NCBI GenBank assembly: GCA_026391675.1
Contig: JAPLDQ010000009.1
Coordinates: 4,436 to 68,435 of the forward strand
Origin: Bacteroidota bacterium
GTDB taxonomy: Bacteria > Bacteroidota > Bacteroidia > Bacteroidales > JACABE01
Reading direction: 5' to 3'
Length of the DNA: 64,000 bases
The translations under genes were made by a program, and so were the position numbers. Below are positions 37,961-47,467 of this stretch, piece by piece. Under the pieces are notes generated by a model. That model was not told the DNA's origin. It saw only the letters and a program-made list of their open reading frames with translations, and did no database searches. Position 1 is the stretch's first letter, and each line of letters opens with the position of its first letter.

Positions 37961-40018
37961 TTATTTCTCAATTCTGATTCTGGCATCAACAGCTACAACT
38001 TTATCTTTCTTGCCCAACAAAGGATTGATGTCCATTTCCCTGATTTCAGGAGCAACTGAAAGCAAGGTTGAAACTGCAATAATTACATTTATAAATTCTT
38101 CTTCGTTTATACCTTCCTGTCCTCTTACACCCTGAATGATTTTATAGCTTTTCAGATTGCGGACCATTTGTGTGGCTTCCTGTTTGCCGATAGGAACCAG
38201 ACCTGCGCTTACATCTTTAAGTACTTCAATAAAAATACCACCCATTCCGCACATCACAAGATGTCCGAATTTGTCTTCGTAATTGGCACCTACAAACAAC
38301 TCAGTTCCTGAAAGCATGGGTTGAATAAGGATGGCTGTGGTATCTTTAATTTTTATCATTCTGTCGAATTCTTTTTCAACAGTTACTGCATCTTTAATAT
38401 TGAGAACAACGCCGCCAACATCAGATTTATGAACAGGACCAACTACCTTCATTACTACAGGGAAGCCCAGTTTGGCTGCAGCTTCAACTGCTTTGGCTTT
38501 TTCAGTAACCACAGCTTCACCTGCACGCGGAACACCGGCAGCATCCAGTAAACCCTGAACTGCTTCAGGTGATATATAACCATTATCGCAAGTGTCAATA
38601 ATTGCACGGATTAGAGCTTCATCCACATGTGAAGTGCATGATTTCATCAATAATGGTTTATTGGTGTCATAAACTTTTGCCAGCGCTGTGCCAAGGGTGA
38701 CTTCGTCAGGGAAATTAACCCAGCCTTTGGCAATAAAATCTTCCACTTCTTCCTTTGCAGTCAAAATGGAAGGTAATACAGGATAAATAGGCTTTTTGGA
38801 TTTTTTTAGTTTTTCACTTAATACATTGTAAACGTCAAAGAGTTTAAATAAACCCGGTGTGCCAAAAATGACAACCATTCCGTCAATTTCATCAAAATCA
38901 TTGTCAACATAATCAATGATAGTACCTAATTGTTCAGCTGTTCCTGTTGCCAGAAAATCAATCGGATTGGCTACAGATGAACCCGGGAATAACTTAGTAA
39001 GCAATTCTTTGGATTTTGGATTTTCAATAGCAGGAATATTCAAACCACCTTTGGATAATGCATCGGTTAACATTACTGCCGGACCCCCTGCATGTGTGAT
39101 GATGGCAATATTTTTACCCTTTAATTCAGGATAGGTAAAAACGGAAGCTACACTGATAAGATCTTCTCTTCCGTAACAACGGACAATGCCTGCTTTGCGG
39201 AACAATGCATCTACTGAAATATCAGAACTTGCCAGTGCGCCTGTATGTGATGACGCTGCACGGCTTCCTGCTTCTGATGAACCTGCTTTTACAGCTGCAA
39301 TTTTACATCCTTTTTTAATCAGAGATGCAGCATGTTTCATCAACATTTCTGGTTTTGAAATATTTTCAATATATAATAATTTTATTTTTGAACTTGTAGC
39401 TGGGTCGAATGTTTCGTCCATATATTGCAGTATCTCTTCAACACCCATCTGAGCTGAGTTCCCTACAGAAAAAACGTTGGCAAAACTTAATCCTTTTGGA
39501 ATACCTGCTTCCATAATAAAACAGGCTGTTGCTCCGGAGCCTGAAATAAAATCACAACCCTGTGCATTCAGTTTTGGTATAGGCAATGTGAAAATACTAT
39601 GGTGTGCCGGTGTTAATATACCAACGCAATTTGGGCCTATTAATGAACCATTTACTTTATTTATAAGCTCAACAACTTTGTCTTCCAGTATTTTTCCTTC
39701 ATGGCTTTCTTCGCTGAAACCTGCAGACAGAATTATAAATGCTTTAGTGTTTTTTTGTTGCGTAAGTAATTCAACAGTTTCTGGAATGTATTTGGCTGCT
39801 ATAGCAATAATAGCAAGGTCAACCTGTGGTAAGTCCGCAGTATTTCTGAAACTTTTAATGCCCTGGACTTCGTCTTCTTTAGGATTACTCACATAGAGTT
39901 CTCCTTTAAAATTTCCATCCATAAGGTTTTTTAATATTTTTCCGCCTGGTTTTTCTATATCGTTGGAAGCACCGATTACTACGATACTTTTTGGCATAAT
40001 TAATTCATTGGTAATCAT
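37961..40018 (-). CDS. ADP-forming acetate/acyl-CoA ligase family protein (fused CoA-binding + ATP-grasp subunits)
   Basis: N-terminal PKSIVVIGASN...PGGKI, IGPNCVGI, GNSA, SHTGALAS (phosphohistidine loop). C-terminal ATP-grasp (GFPVVMKVVGPVHKSDVGGV, INPL). Confidence 0.8.
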   Translation of the reverse strand: MITNELIMPKSIVVIGASNDIEKPGGKILKNLMDGNFKGELYVSNPKEDEVQGIKSFRNTADLPQVDLAIIAIAAKYIPETVELLTQQKNTKAFIILSAGFSEESHEGKILEDKVVELINKVNGSLIGPNCVGILTPAHHSIFTLPIPKLNAQGCDFISGSGATACFIMEAGIPKGLSFANVFSVGNSAQMGVEEILQYMDETFDPATSSKIKLLYIENISKPEMLMKHAASLIKKGCKIAAVKAGSSEAGSRAASSHTGALASSDISVDALFRKAGIVRCYGREDLISVASVFTYPELKGKNIAIITHAGGPAVMLTDALSKGGLNIPAIENPKSKELLTKLFPGSSVANPIDFLATGTAEQLGTIIDYVDNDFDEIDGMVVIFGTPGLFKLFDVYNVLSEKLKKSKKPIYPVLPSILTAKEEVEDFIAKGWVNFPDEVTLGTALAKVYDTNKPLLMKSCTSHVDEALIRAIIDTCDNGYISPEAVQGLLDAAGVPRAGEAVVTEKAKAVEAAAKLGFPVVMKVVGPVHKSDVGGVVLNIKDAVTVEKEFDRMIKIKDTTAILIQPMLSGTELFVGANYEDKFGHLVMCGMGGIFIEVLKDVSAGLVPIGKQEATQMVRNLKSYKIIQGVRGQEGINEEEFINVIIAVSTLLSVAPEIREMDINPLLGKKDKVVAVDARIRIEK

Positions 40019-40064
40019 ATATGATGTATTTTATAATTGCTGTACACTTGAAATTTTAAGAGCG

Positions 40065-40072
40065 CAAAGGTA
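40065..40072 (-). promoter_or_regulatory. -7 box TACCTTTG upstream of the acyl-CoA ligase gene
   Basis: Plus strand reads CAAAGGTA, 47 nt upstream of ATG 40018. Confidence 0.4.
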
Positions 40073-40142
40073 TCAAAAAACCAAAGAAATAAAAAAAAAG
40101 TTTGGAAAACGAATTCTCTGTTTTAAAATTATTTTCAGATAT

Positions 40143-41018
40143 TTAATTATCTTTTTTCAACAAATGAATACGTTTCATTACGAAGCAGAATAAAATGGCA
40201 GTCCAGAAAGAAAACAAAGCGTAAACCAGAGCTACTTTGCCATAATTTTCGTTATGAAGCAATACTCCTGAAATTAAAAATGCCAGCGTTGTATTATGTA
40301 CTGCTGATTCTACTGAAATTGTAATTTCATTTTTATTTCCCAGCTTAAATAACTTTGCAATAAATAATCCTGTAAACAGGCATAATACATTTAAAAGTAT
40401 GGCAAATGGAAGTATATTCAATGCTTCTGAAGTAGCTAAGCCGCTAACTTTACCTGTCCCGAAATACATTAAAGTAAAGACTAATCCTAATAAAATCATT
40501 AATACCGGCTTTACATATTTTGTAATTTGCTGAGCCATATTTTTGTTGATTTGTCTTAATAAAACTCCTGCTGTAACCGGAATGGCTGTAAATACAAATA
40601 CTTCCCCAAATGTATTCCAGAAGGGCAGGAAAAATTGTTTGTCAACTCCTTCGAAATGGTGTAATGCGTAATTAACAATTAAAGGTATTGTAAAAAGGGC
40701 TAAGATGGAATTTACAGTTGTTAAAACAATGGATAAAGCTGTATTTCCTTTAAACATAAATGTTATAAAGCCTGAGGTTGATCCACCGGGACTGGCAGCT
40801 AAAATAACCAATCCAATCTGGATATAAGTAGGCATATTAAATAACTTAGCTATGGAAAATGCTATAACCGGAAGCAGTATCATCTGAGAAAATAAGCTTA
40901 TGATTAGCGCTTTTGGATTGGAAAAAATATGCTTTATTTCGCTTAAAGTCAGTGATACACCTATCCCAAACATAATCAGCGATAAAACAATAGTTACTAA
41001 AATATCAATCAGACCCAT
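40143..41018 (-). CDS. Bile acid:sodium symporter (BASS) family transporter
   Basis: 291 aa, about 9-10 TM, ASPGGSTSGFITFMFKGNTALS matches the family's core motif region. Confidence 0.7.
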   Translation of the reverse strand: MGLIDILVTIVLSLIMFGIGVSLTLSEIKHIFSNPKALIISLFSQMILLPVIAFSIAKLFNMPTYIQIGLVILAASPGGSTSGFITFMFKGNTALSIVLTTVNSILALFTIPLIVNYALHHFEGVDKQFFLPFWNTFGEVFVFTAIPVTAGVLLRQINKNMAQQITKYVKPVLMILLGLVFTLMYFGTGKVSGLATSEALNILPFAILLNVLCLFTGLFIAKLFKLGNKNEITISVESAVHNTTLAFLISGVLLHNENYGKVALVYALFSFWTAILFCFVMKRIHLLKKDN

Positions 41019-41081
41019 AGTTTAATGTTGAGACAGCACTAAAATAAAGCCTCAATAAAATATGAGGCATATTATCTTAAA

Positions 41082-41089
41082 CAAAAATA
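41082..41089 (-). promoter_or_regulatory. -7 box TATTTTTG upstream of the BASS gene
   Basis: Plus strand reads CAAAAATA, 64 nt upstream of ATG 41018. Confidence 0.35.
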
Positions 41090-41215
41090 TGTTTTTATTT
41101 GACTGGATAAGTAATTTTTAAGTTAATTATTTGTGAATTAATGAGAATTGATAATAAAAAATAAAAAAACTTTCAAAACTTTAAAAGTATTATTGTGTAG
41201 GTTTCAAATAATTTA

Positions 41216-41223
41216 TATTTTTG
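41216..41223 (+). promoter_or_regulatory. -7 box TATTTTTG upstream of the aminotransferase gene
   Basis: Exact TAnnTTTG. Its terminal TTG is the track's start at 41221, which argues for ATG 41269. Confidence 0.45.
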
Positions 41224-41268
41224 GTTTCAGATAATTTATATAATTTCAAACTTAACAGCCCTGTATTC

Positions 41269-42585
41269 ATGAAGGAAACTCCAATTAAAAGAGAACTGGT
41301 TGATCAATTAATAATTGAAAATAATATTACTGATGTGGGTAAAGCATCCATACGCGTCGTTAAAAAGCTGATAGATGATATTGAAAGTGCTTCAGGCAGT
41401 CGTTTTATCAGAATGGAAATGGGTGTTCCCGGCTTACCTCCGGCTCAGATTGGTGTAGAAGCAGAAATTGAAGCGCTCAAAAGGGGAGTAGCTGCCATTT
41501 ATCCTGATATTCAGGGTATTCCTTCGCTAAAAACTGAAATATCAAGGTTTGTAAAATTATATTTGGATGTTGACGTGAGTCCGCTTGGTTGTATTCCAAC
41601 CGTTGGTTCAATGCAGGGAGGTTTTGCAGCATTTTTAATTTTAAATAATTTATACGAAGGCAAGGATACAACACTTTTCCTTGACCCTGGTTTCCCTGTT
41701 CATAAACAGCAACACCGCTTACTCGATTTAAAATTTGAAAGTTTTGATGTTTATAATTATCGTGGAAGCAAACTTCGTGAAAAACTTGAATCTTATCTTG
41801 TTAAAGGCAATATCTCCTGCATGTTATATTCAAATCCGAACAATCCGTCATGGATTTGTTTTACAGATGAAGAATTAAAGATAATTGCTGAAATGGCTGA
41901 TAAATATAACGTAGTCATTATGGAAGATTTGGCTTATTTTGCTATGGATTTCCGTAAAGATTATTCTGTGCCCGGTCAACCTCCTTATCAACCTACAGTT
42001 GCAAAGTATACAGATCACTGGTTACTTTTTATTTCAAGTTCCAAAGCCTTTAGCTATGCAGGCCAACGTATAGGTATGATGGTAATCTCCGATAGCTTAT
42101 TCAATACCAGGAGCGAAAATCTTCGCAGGCGATTTACATCTGATATTTTTGGAAATGCAATGATATTCGGGACGGTTTACTCTTTAAGTTCAGGAACATC
42201 GCATTCAGCTCAGTATGCTCTGGCAGCTATGCTTAAAGCAGCCAATGATGGTACATTCAATTTTCGAAATGATGTAAAGGAATATGGCGAGAAAGCCCAT
42301 ATTATGAAAAAAATATTTATTGAAAATGGATTTCATATTGTATATGATAAAGACATTGACCAGCCGATAGCCGATGGTTTTTATTTTACTTATTCTTATC
42401 CTGGATATTCAGGTGAGGAATTATTAAAGGAAATGCTGTATTATGGTGTTAGTGCAATCTCTTTAGCCATTACAGGCAGCGAAAAAACTGAAGGCATGCG
42501 AGCCTGTGTTTCACTGGTAAAAAGGGATCAGTTCCCTGATCTGGAAGTCCGATTAAAAAGATTTCATGAAAATAATCCATACTAA
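41269..42585 (+). CDS. Class I/II PLP-dependent aminotransferase
   Basis: NPNNPS, MEDLAYF, PLP-lysine motif SSSKAFSYAGQRIG. Start at ATG 41269 (MKETPIKREL). Confidence 0.8.
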   Translation: MKETPIKRELVDQLIIENNITDVGKASIRVVKKLIDDIESASGSRFIRMEMGVPGLPPAQIGVEAEIEALKRGVAAIYPDIQGIPSLKTEISRFVKLYLDVDVSPLGCIPTVGSMQGGFAAFLILNNLYEGKDTTLFLDPGFPVHKQQHRLLDLKFESFDVYNYRGSKLREKLESYLVKGNISCMLYSNPNNPSWICFTDEELKIIAEMADKYNVVIMEDLAYFAMDFRKDYSVPGQPPYQPTVAKYTDHWLLFISSSKAFSYAGQRIGMMVISDSLFNTRSENLRRRFTSDIFGNAMIFGTVYSLSSGTSHSAQYALAAMLKAANDGTFNFRNDVKEYGEKAHIMKKIFIENGFHIVYDKDIDQPIADGFYFTYSYPGYSGEELLKEMLYYGVSAISLAITGSEKTEGMRACVSLVKRDQFPDLEVRLKRFHENNPY

Positions 42586-42610
42586 TATTATTTAGTTTAA
42601 TTAAATAAAA

Positions 42611-43198
42611 ATGAAAAAGATCTTATTTTCAATTTTGTTATTCACGATGATGTTTTCAACTTTTGGGCAAGACCAAAAAGTTAAAAAGAATGTTGAAAGT
42701 AGTTCAAAAAAGAAAATATATCAGATAGAATCCAATGGATTATATGGTTTTGTGGATGCTAATGGAAAAGAAATAATTAAACCGAAATTTGAAACTGTTG
42801 ATGAATTCGGAGAAAGACGAAAAGACTGGGCTTTGGTTTTACAGGATGGGTTATATGGTTTTATCAACAATGAAGGGCTTGAAGTTGTAAAACCGAAATA
42901 TGATGCTATAGCATTTTTTGGCGAATATCATGAAGACTGGGCTATGGTTATAAAGGATGGTTTAATTGGATTTATTAATACTCAGGGTATTGAAGTTGTT
43001 AAACCCCAGTATGATGCAGTTAATTTATTCGGAGAATATTATTATAAATGGGCTTTGGTCGAAAAAGATGGCTTATTTGGTTTTATTGATAATAAAGGAG
43101 TTGAAGTTGTAAAACCTAAATATGACTATTTTATTAGAGGTAACCCTCTTACAGGATTCTTTGGTGGTGGAAATCAGGAAGATATTGAATTTAAATAA
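42611..43198 (+). CDS. WG-repeat (KWG-type beta-repeat) secreted protein
   Basis: Signal peptide, then GL(Y/I/F)GF(V/I)(D/N)..G.E(I/V)(I/V)KP(K/Q)(F/Y)(E/D) repeated four times. Confidence 0.75.
   Translation: MKKILFSILLFTMMFSTFGQDQKVKKNVESSSKKKIYQIESNGLYGFVDANGKEIIKPKFETVDEFGERRKDWALVLQDGLYGFINNEGLEVVKPKYDAIAFFGEYHEDWAMVIKDGLIGFINTQGIEVVKPQYDAVNLFGEYYYKWALVEKDGLFGFIDNKGVEVVKPKYDYFIRGNPLTGFFGGGNQEDIEFK
42737..43135 (+). repeat. In-frame tandem repeat, 111-nt period (about 3.6 units), encoding the WG repeats
   Basis: GAAGTTGT(A/T)AAACC... recurs at 42881, 42992 and 43103, spaced exactly 111 nt. Confidence 0.8.
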
Positions 43199-43226
43199 AG
43201 AATTAATAAATATATTTTACAAAAAA

Positions 43227-43255
43227 ACCCTGATAAACGTTCAGTTTATCAGGGT
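43227..43255. terminator. Bidirectional rho-independent terminator between the WG-repeat gene and gcvT
   Basis: ACCCTGATAAAC-gttca-GTTTATCAGGGT, a perfect 12-bp stem flanked by A7 and T5. Confidence 0.85.
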
Positions 43256-43277
43256 TTTTAATTGATAATGAATAAAA

Positions 43278-44381
43278 TTATCCTTTATAAAAAGGTAATT
43301 TAACCACCTTGGCTTTTAGTAATTTTTCACGGATTTTTATATAAATTTCTGTGTCTGTTTTGGCAAAAGCTGTATTTACATAACCCATACCAATATTCAT
43401 ATCCAGTGATGGTGCCATGGTACCTGAAGTTACTTCTCCAATTTTATTACCTTCAGCATCACAGATTTCATAATAATGACGTGGAATACCTCTGTCAATC
43501 ATTTCGAAACCGACCAATTTATGCTTAACGCCATTTTTCTTTTGTTCCAGTAAATAATCTTTATCAATAAAATTTTTGGTGTCGGTAAATTTGGTTATCC
43601 AGCCTAAACCTGCTTCAATTGGAGAAGTTGTGTCATTGATATCATTTCCATAGAGGCAGAATCCCATTTCCAGACGTAAAGTATCGCGTGCACCTAAACC
43701 AATTGGTTTTATGCCAAATTCTGCACCTGCTTCATAAACAGCTTTCCAGATTTTATCTGCATCTTCATTTGCAATATATATTTCGCAGCCACCTGAACCT
43801 GTATAGCCGGTAGTAGAGAAAATTACATCCTTTACTCCTGCAAAAGTGAGTTTCTTGAACGTATAATATTCCATATCAGTAACCTTTGTCTCAGTCAGTT
43901 TTTGCATGGCTTTTAATGCCAATGGGCCCTGAATAGCCAATTGTGCAATTTCATCGGATGCATTGTATAATTCTTTACCGATTTCCAATCCCATTGCTTT
44001 TGCATTTTCGCAGCACCATGCCCAGTCTTTATCAATATTGGCAGCATTTACAACCAATAAATAGGTAACTTCATTTACACGGTATACCAGTAAATCGTCG
44101 ACTATTCCGCCTTTACCATTCGGGAAACAAGAATACTGAACTTTGCCGTCAAATAATACGGAAACATCATTAGAAGTTACTCTTTGAACAAAATCAAAAG
44201 CTTTTGGACCTTTTACCCAAAATTCACCCATATGTGAAACATCAAAAACACCAACTGCTTTTCTTACTGTGAGGTGTTCTGCTACTAATCCTTCATATTG
44301 AACAGGCATGTTGTATCCTGCAAAAGGAACCATTTTTGCTCCCATTTCGATGTGAAACTTTGTAAATGCGGTATTTTTCAT
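43278..44381 (-). CDS. gcvT: Glycine cleavage system aminomethyltransferase (T protein)
   Basis: [39 protein letters not shown]. Start moved to ATG 44381 because the track start at 44423 lies inside the -7 box. Confidence 0.93.
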   Translation of the reverse strand: MKNTAFTKFHIEMGAKMVPFAGYNMPVQYEGLVAEHLTVRKAVGVFDVSHMGEFWVKGPKAFDFVQRVTSNDVSVLFDGKVQYSCFPNGKGGIVDDLLVYRVNEVTYLLVVNAANIDKDWAWCCENAKAMGLEIGKELYNASDEIAQLAIQGPLALKAMQKLTETKVTDMEYYTFKKLTFAGVKDVIFSTTGYTGSGGCEIYIANEDADKIWKAVYEAGAEFGIKPIGLGARDTLRLEMGFCLYGNDINDTTSPIEAGLGWITKFTDTKNFIDKDYLLEQKKNGVKHKLVGFEMIDRGIPRHYYEICDAEGNKIGEVTSGTMAPSLDMNIGMGYVNTAFAKTDTEIYIKIREKLLKAKVVKLPFYKG

Positions 44382-44420
44382 TGTATAGATTTTATGTTTT
44401 AATATTAAAAATTGCGGGAA

Positions 44421-44428
44421 CAAAAGTA
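44421..44428 (-). promoter_or_regulatory. -7 box TACTTTTG for gcvT, inside the 21-nt module 44419-44439
   Basis: Plus strand reads CAAAAGTA, 40 nt upstream of ATG 44381. Confidence 0.55.
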
Positions 44429-44507
44429 AAAAATATTAACAAGAATTGGATGTTTCAATTAAAATATTATTAGTTTGGCTGCTGCACTTTATTTTAAAAC
44501 TATGTTT

Positions 44508-46085
44508 TTAAAAATTGTATGATTTGAAAACGAGATAGAATGGACTTTTCTTGTCTTTCTGAGCTAAATAGCAGATTTTCCAGTTACTCTCTTCGGTTAC
44601 AAAAGGTATTGCAGCAACTGAATATGAATACTGGCTACCTGAAAAAGATATTCCCTTACTTCCCACCATATCTTTCCATTCGGATTCGTTTAGAAGACTC
44701 CTGAAACTTGAGTTTACTTCTTTTAAAGTATTGCCATTCTTTGTTTTAAATAAAATTAAATCATAACTGTTGGTGTGGGTAACAGAACTTACTGTTCCTT
44801 CATCATCAACCTGCCAGGTGGAGTTTGCACTTCCTTTTTCACGTGTAAACTTCTTAAGTTTGCAGTTATTATCCCATTTTAGATTACCATCAGCATCAAA
44901 ACAAGCAACCTGAATGTGAGGGAAAAAAGATTCAGAATATTTTGTTGATTGTGTTGTTCCCATTCCACTTCCTGATTTACTAGTTGTTACTTCATAAATC
45001 GGAGCATATGATTCAAAAAATGAATAATATAAATCACCTGATTTTATTGTTGGGTGAGCAACAATGTTAAATGACTGTTCAAGTGTACCTTTTTTTGCTT
45101 TATTTTCTTTTATCTTTTTTTCAATAAAACCTGTAAGAATGTTATCACTGATTGCAACCATAGGATGTTTTAAACTGCCAAATCCTGTAGTGGAAAATGA
45201 ACTTACTTTATTATTTTCAACTTTAAGCATGGCAAAAGAACTTGCAGGTTCCACCATATCTGCTGTCCTTGAACTGTTCAGCATATCAAAGCCAAAAAAA
45301 TGGATTGCTTTATCTATATGAAAGGGTAAGCAATCAAATGGCCATTCTTTTTCTTCTGATAAAGCAGTTTTGCTTACTCTTGTCAAACCGCCTTCAGCGC
45401 TAATTTTATCAATTTCGCATCCGATAAAATCTTTTGCTTTGTCTTTATAAGAAAGCATGGTATACATACTTCCATCGTCGGAAGTATAACAACCAATATA
45501 ATCAACCAATTTTATTTCTTCACCCAGCTGAATTGTTTGTAACTGCTTGGTTTTTTTTACTTTTATTATTGAATAAGCCTTGTTCTTAAATGTTCCAAGG
45601 TCTGAGAAATTAGCATACATCATTTCTTCAGTTGACCCGAAATCACGTAAAGTCGCATTTGAAGGTATTTCTGCATCCATCAGTTCATTTTCTCCATCTT
45701 CCAGACTTATGGCTATTATTCTTATTTTTTCATTATACAAAACCCTGTGAGACCATTGATTCCTTTTGCTGTCAGAATAGTAAGCAGCAAAAATTTTCTT
45801 TTTATCTTCAGATAATCTTATCCTGTCTAATTTAAAACCAACATGATCAATTGTAATTGACCAGGTTTTTTCATACTTATTATTTAAAAATGTAACTTTT
45901 AAGTCCTGAACTTTTTTACTGGTATAAACTCTTTCAAAGATAAGAATACCTTTATTTTCAACAGGAAATAAATCTACTGCGGCATAATCTACAGTAAGCT
46001 GAAATTTAAAAGTGTTTTGAGAAATTACGCTTAAATTTGAAATGATAAGCATTAAAATAAAAATAAATTGAAACTTTCTTTTCAT
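44508..46085 (-). CDS. Orphan secreted protein (525 aa), no recognisable family
   Basis: Signal peptide MKRKFQFIFILMLIISNLSVISQ. Long uninterrupted ORF with its own promoter box. No CTD and no lipobox. Confidence 0.75.
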   Translation of the reverse strand: MKRKFQFIFILMLIISNLSVISQNTFKFQLTVDYAAVDLFPVENKGILIFERVYTSKKVQDLKVTFLNNKYEKTWSITIDHVGFKLDRIRLSEDKKKIFAAYYSDSKRNQWSHRVLYNEKIRIIAISLEDGENELMDAEIPSNATLRDFGSTEEMMYANFSDLGTFKNKAYSIIKVKKTKQLQTIQLGEEIKLVDYIGCYTSDDGSMYTMLSYKDKAKDFIGCEIDKISAEGGLTRVSKTALSEEKEWPFDCLPFHIDKAIHFFGFDMLNSSRTADMVEPASSFAMLKVENNKVSSFSTTGFGSLKHPMVAISDNILTGFIEKKIKENKAKKGTLEQSFNIVAHPTIKSGDLYYSFFESYAPIYEVTTSKSGSGMGTTQSTKYSESFFPHIQVACFDADGNLKWDNNCKLKKFTREKGSANSTWQVDDEGTVSSVTHTNSYDLILFKTKNGNTLKEVNSSFRSLLNESEWKDMVGSKGISFSGSQYSYSVAAIPFVTEESNWKICYLAQKDKKSPFYLVFKSYNF

Positions 46086-46157
46086 GTGTTTAAATTTTAA
46101 GAATGGATTAAAATGATTTATGACTGTATTTAAGTATTTTCATAAAATTTGTGCAAA

Positions 46158-46165
46158 CAAAAGTA
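46158..46165 (-). promoter_or_regulatory. -7 box TACTTTTG for the orphan gene, inside the 21-nt module 46156-46176
   Basis: Plus strand reads CAAAAGTA, 73 nt upstream of ATG 46085. Confidence 0.5.
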
Positions 46166-46388
46166 AAAAATATTAATTATTATGGTGCATTGTACGCAAA
46201 AATAAAATTCATTTCTAAAAACAATATATATTTGCAGGAAAATCAGGTATATATTAAGTCTTGGTAAAATAAATATATAAATATTAAAATAATTCAATAA
46301 ACAGCAAAAGAAAAGGAATTAAACATTGTCATATATACAATTTTAGTCCATTTTGGTATCTATACCAATTTCCTAATTAATTAAAATG

Positions 46389-46396
46389 TAAATTTG
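46389..46396 (+). promoter_or_regulatory. -7 box TAAATTTG for the RND operon
   Basis: Exact TAnnTTTG. Its TTG is the track's start at 46394. ATG 46412 lies 16 nt downstream. Confidence 0.5.
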
Positions 46397-46411
46397 CAAA
46401 AAAGAATAAAA

Positions 46412-47467
46412 ATGAGAAGTTTTAGTTTCATACTGCTAATAACGGTATTTGTTTTTTATGGCTGTACTAATGGCAAATCAAAGAATGATACAAAAGATAA
46501 GGCTAAAGACAAAGGACAGGCAAAGGTTGAAGGTTTTCTGGCAAAGCCAAGCTTGCTGATTAACAATATTACAGTTTCAGGTTCATTATTAGCTTTTGAA
46601 GAAGTATCATTAATGAGCGAAATGTCAGGAAGGGTTGTATTTATTAACCTTCCTGAAGGAAAAGTGGTTAAAAAGGGAAGTCTGCTGATTAAACTTTTTG
46701 ATGATGATTTGCAGGCAAATCTAAATAAACTCCAAACAGAACTGGCTATACAGGAAAAAATTCTGAAAAGACAAACTGAATTACTGAAAGCAAATGGTAT
46801 CAGTCAGAACGATTATGATCAAACCTATTTGCAGGTAAATTCAATTAAAGCCAACATAGATGTTCAGAAAAGTCTGATACGTAAAACTGAAATACTGGCT
46901 CCATTTGATGGAGTTATTGGTCTGCGAAATATAAGCATTGGTGCTCAGGTTTCTCCATCAACCCTTTTAGCCACTATACGTATGGAGGATAAGTTAAAAC
47001 TTGATTTCAGCATTCCTGAAAAATACAGCAGTGAGGTAAAACCCGGATTGAAAGTTAAATTCACAGTTCATGGAGATGATACACCTTTTGATGCTGTCGT
47101 TATTGCAACTGAAGGTAGTATTGATGCAACAACCAGAAATTTAAAAGTCAGAGCATTGGTTAATTCAAAATCCAGTAATTTAGTCCCCGGCGGATTTTCT
47201 ACAGTAATGCTTTCTTTAGGTGAAAATAAAAATGCTATTCTTATTCCAACACAAGCCATAATTCCTCAGGAACGCAATAAAAATGTAATTGTTGCTAAAA
47301 ATGGACTGGCTCATATTATAAAAGTTACTACTGGTATTCGCAAAGCCTCAAATATTGAAATTATTGAAGGTGTTAATGCCGGAGATACAGTTATTACAAC
47401 AGGTTTGTTATTTCTGAAAGAAGGTGCCAAGGTGTCATTTTCAAATGTAAAAACCGAAGACATATGA
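46412..47467 (+). CDS. RND efflux periplasmic adaptor (membrane fusion protein)
   Basis: Lipoprotein-type signal (…FVFYGC), coiled-coil hairpin region, beta-barrel/lipoyl motifs (ILAPFDGVIG). ATGA overlap with the pump gene. Confidence 0.9.
   Translation: MRSFSFILLITVFVFYGCTNGKSKNDTKDKAKDKGQAKVEGFLAKPSLLINNITVSGSLLAFEEVSLMSEMSGRVVFINLPEGKVVKKGSLLIKLFDDDLQANLNKLQTELAIQEKILKRQTELLKANGISQNDYDQTYLQVNSIKANIDVQKSLIRKTEILAPFDGVIGLRNISIGAQVSPSTLLATIRMEDKLKLDFSIPEKYSSEVKPGLKVKFTVHGDDTPFDAVVIATEGSIDATTRNLKVRALVNSKSSNLVPGGFSTVMLSLGENKNAILIPTQAIIPQERNKNVIVAKNGLAHIIKVTTGIRKASNIEIIEGVNAGDTVITTGLLFLKEGAKVSFSNVKTEDI

Noticed and set aside
46366-46376. TTTCCTAATT upstream of the RND operon matches part of the cassette's right-hand repeat
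   Set aside because: It is only a 10-nt match in AT-rich DNA, with no partner inverted copy. This is compatible with chance.
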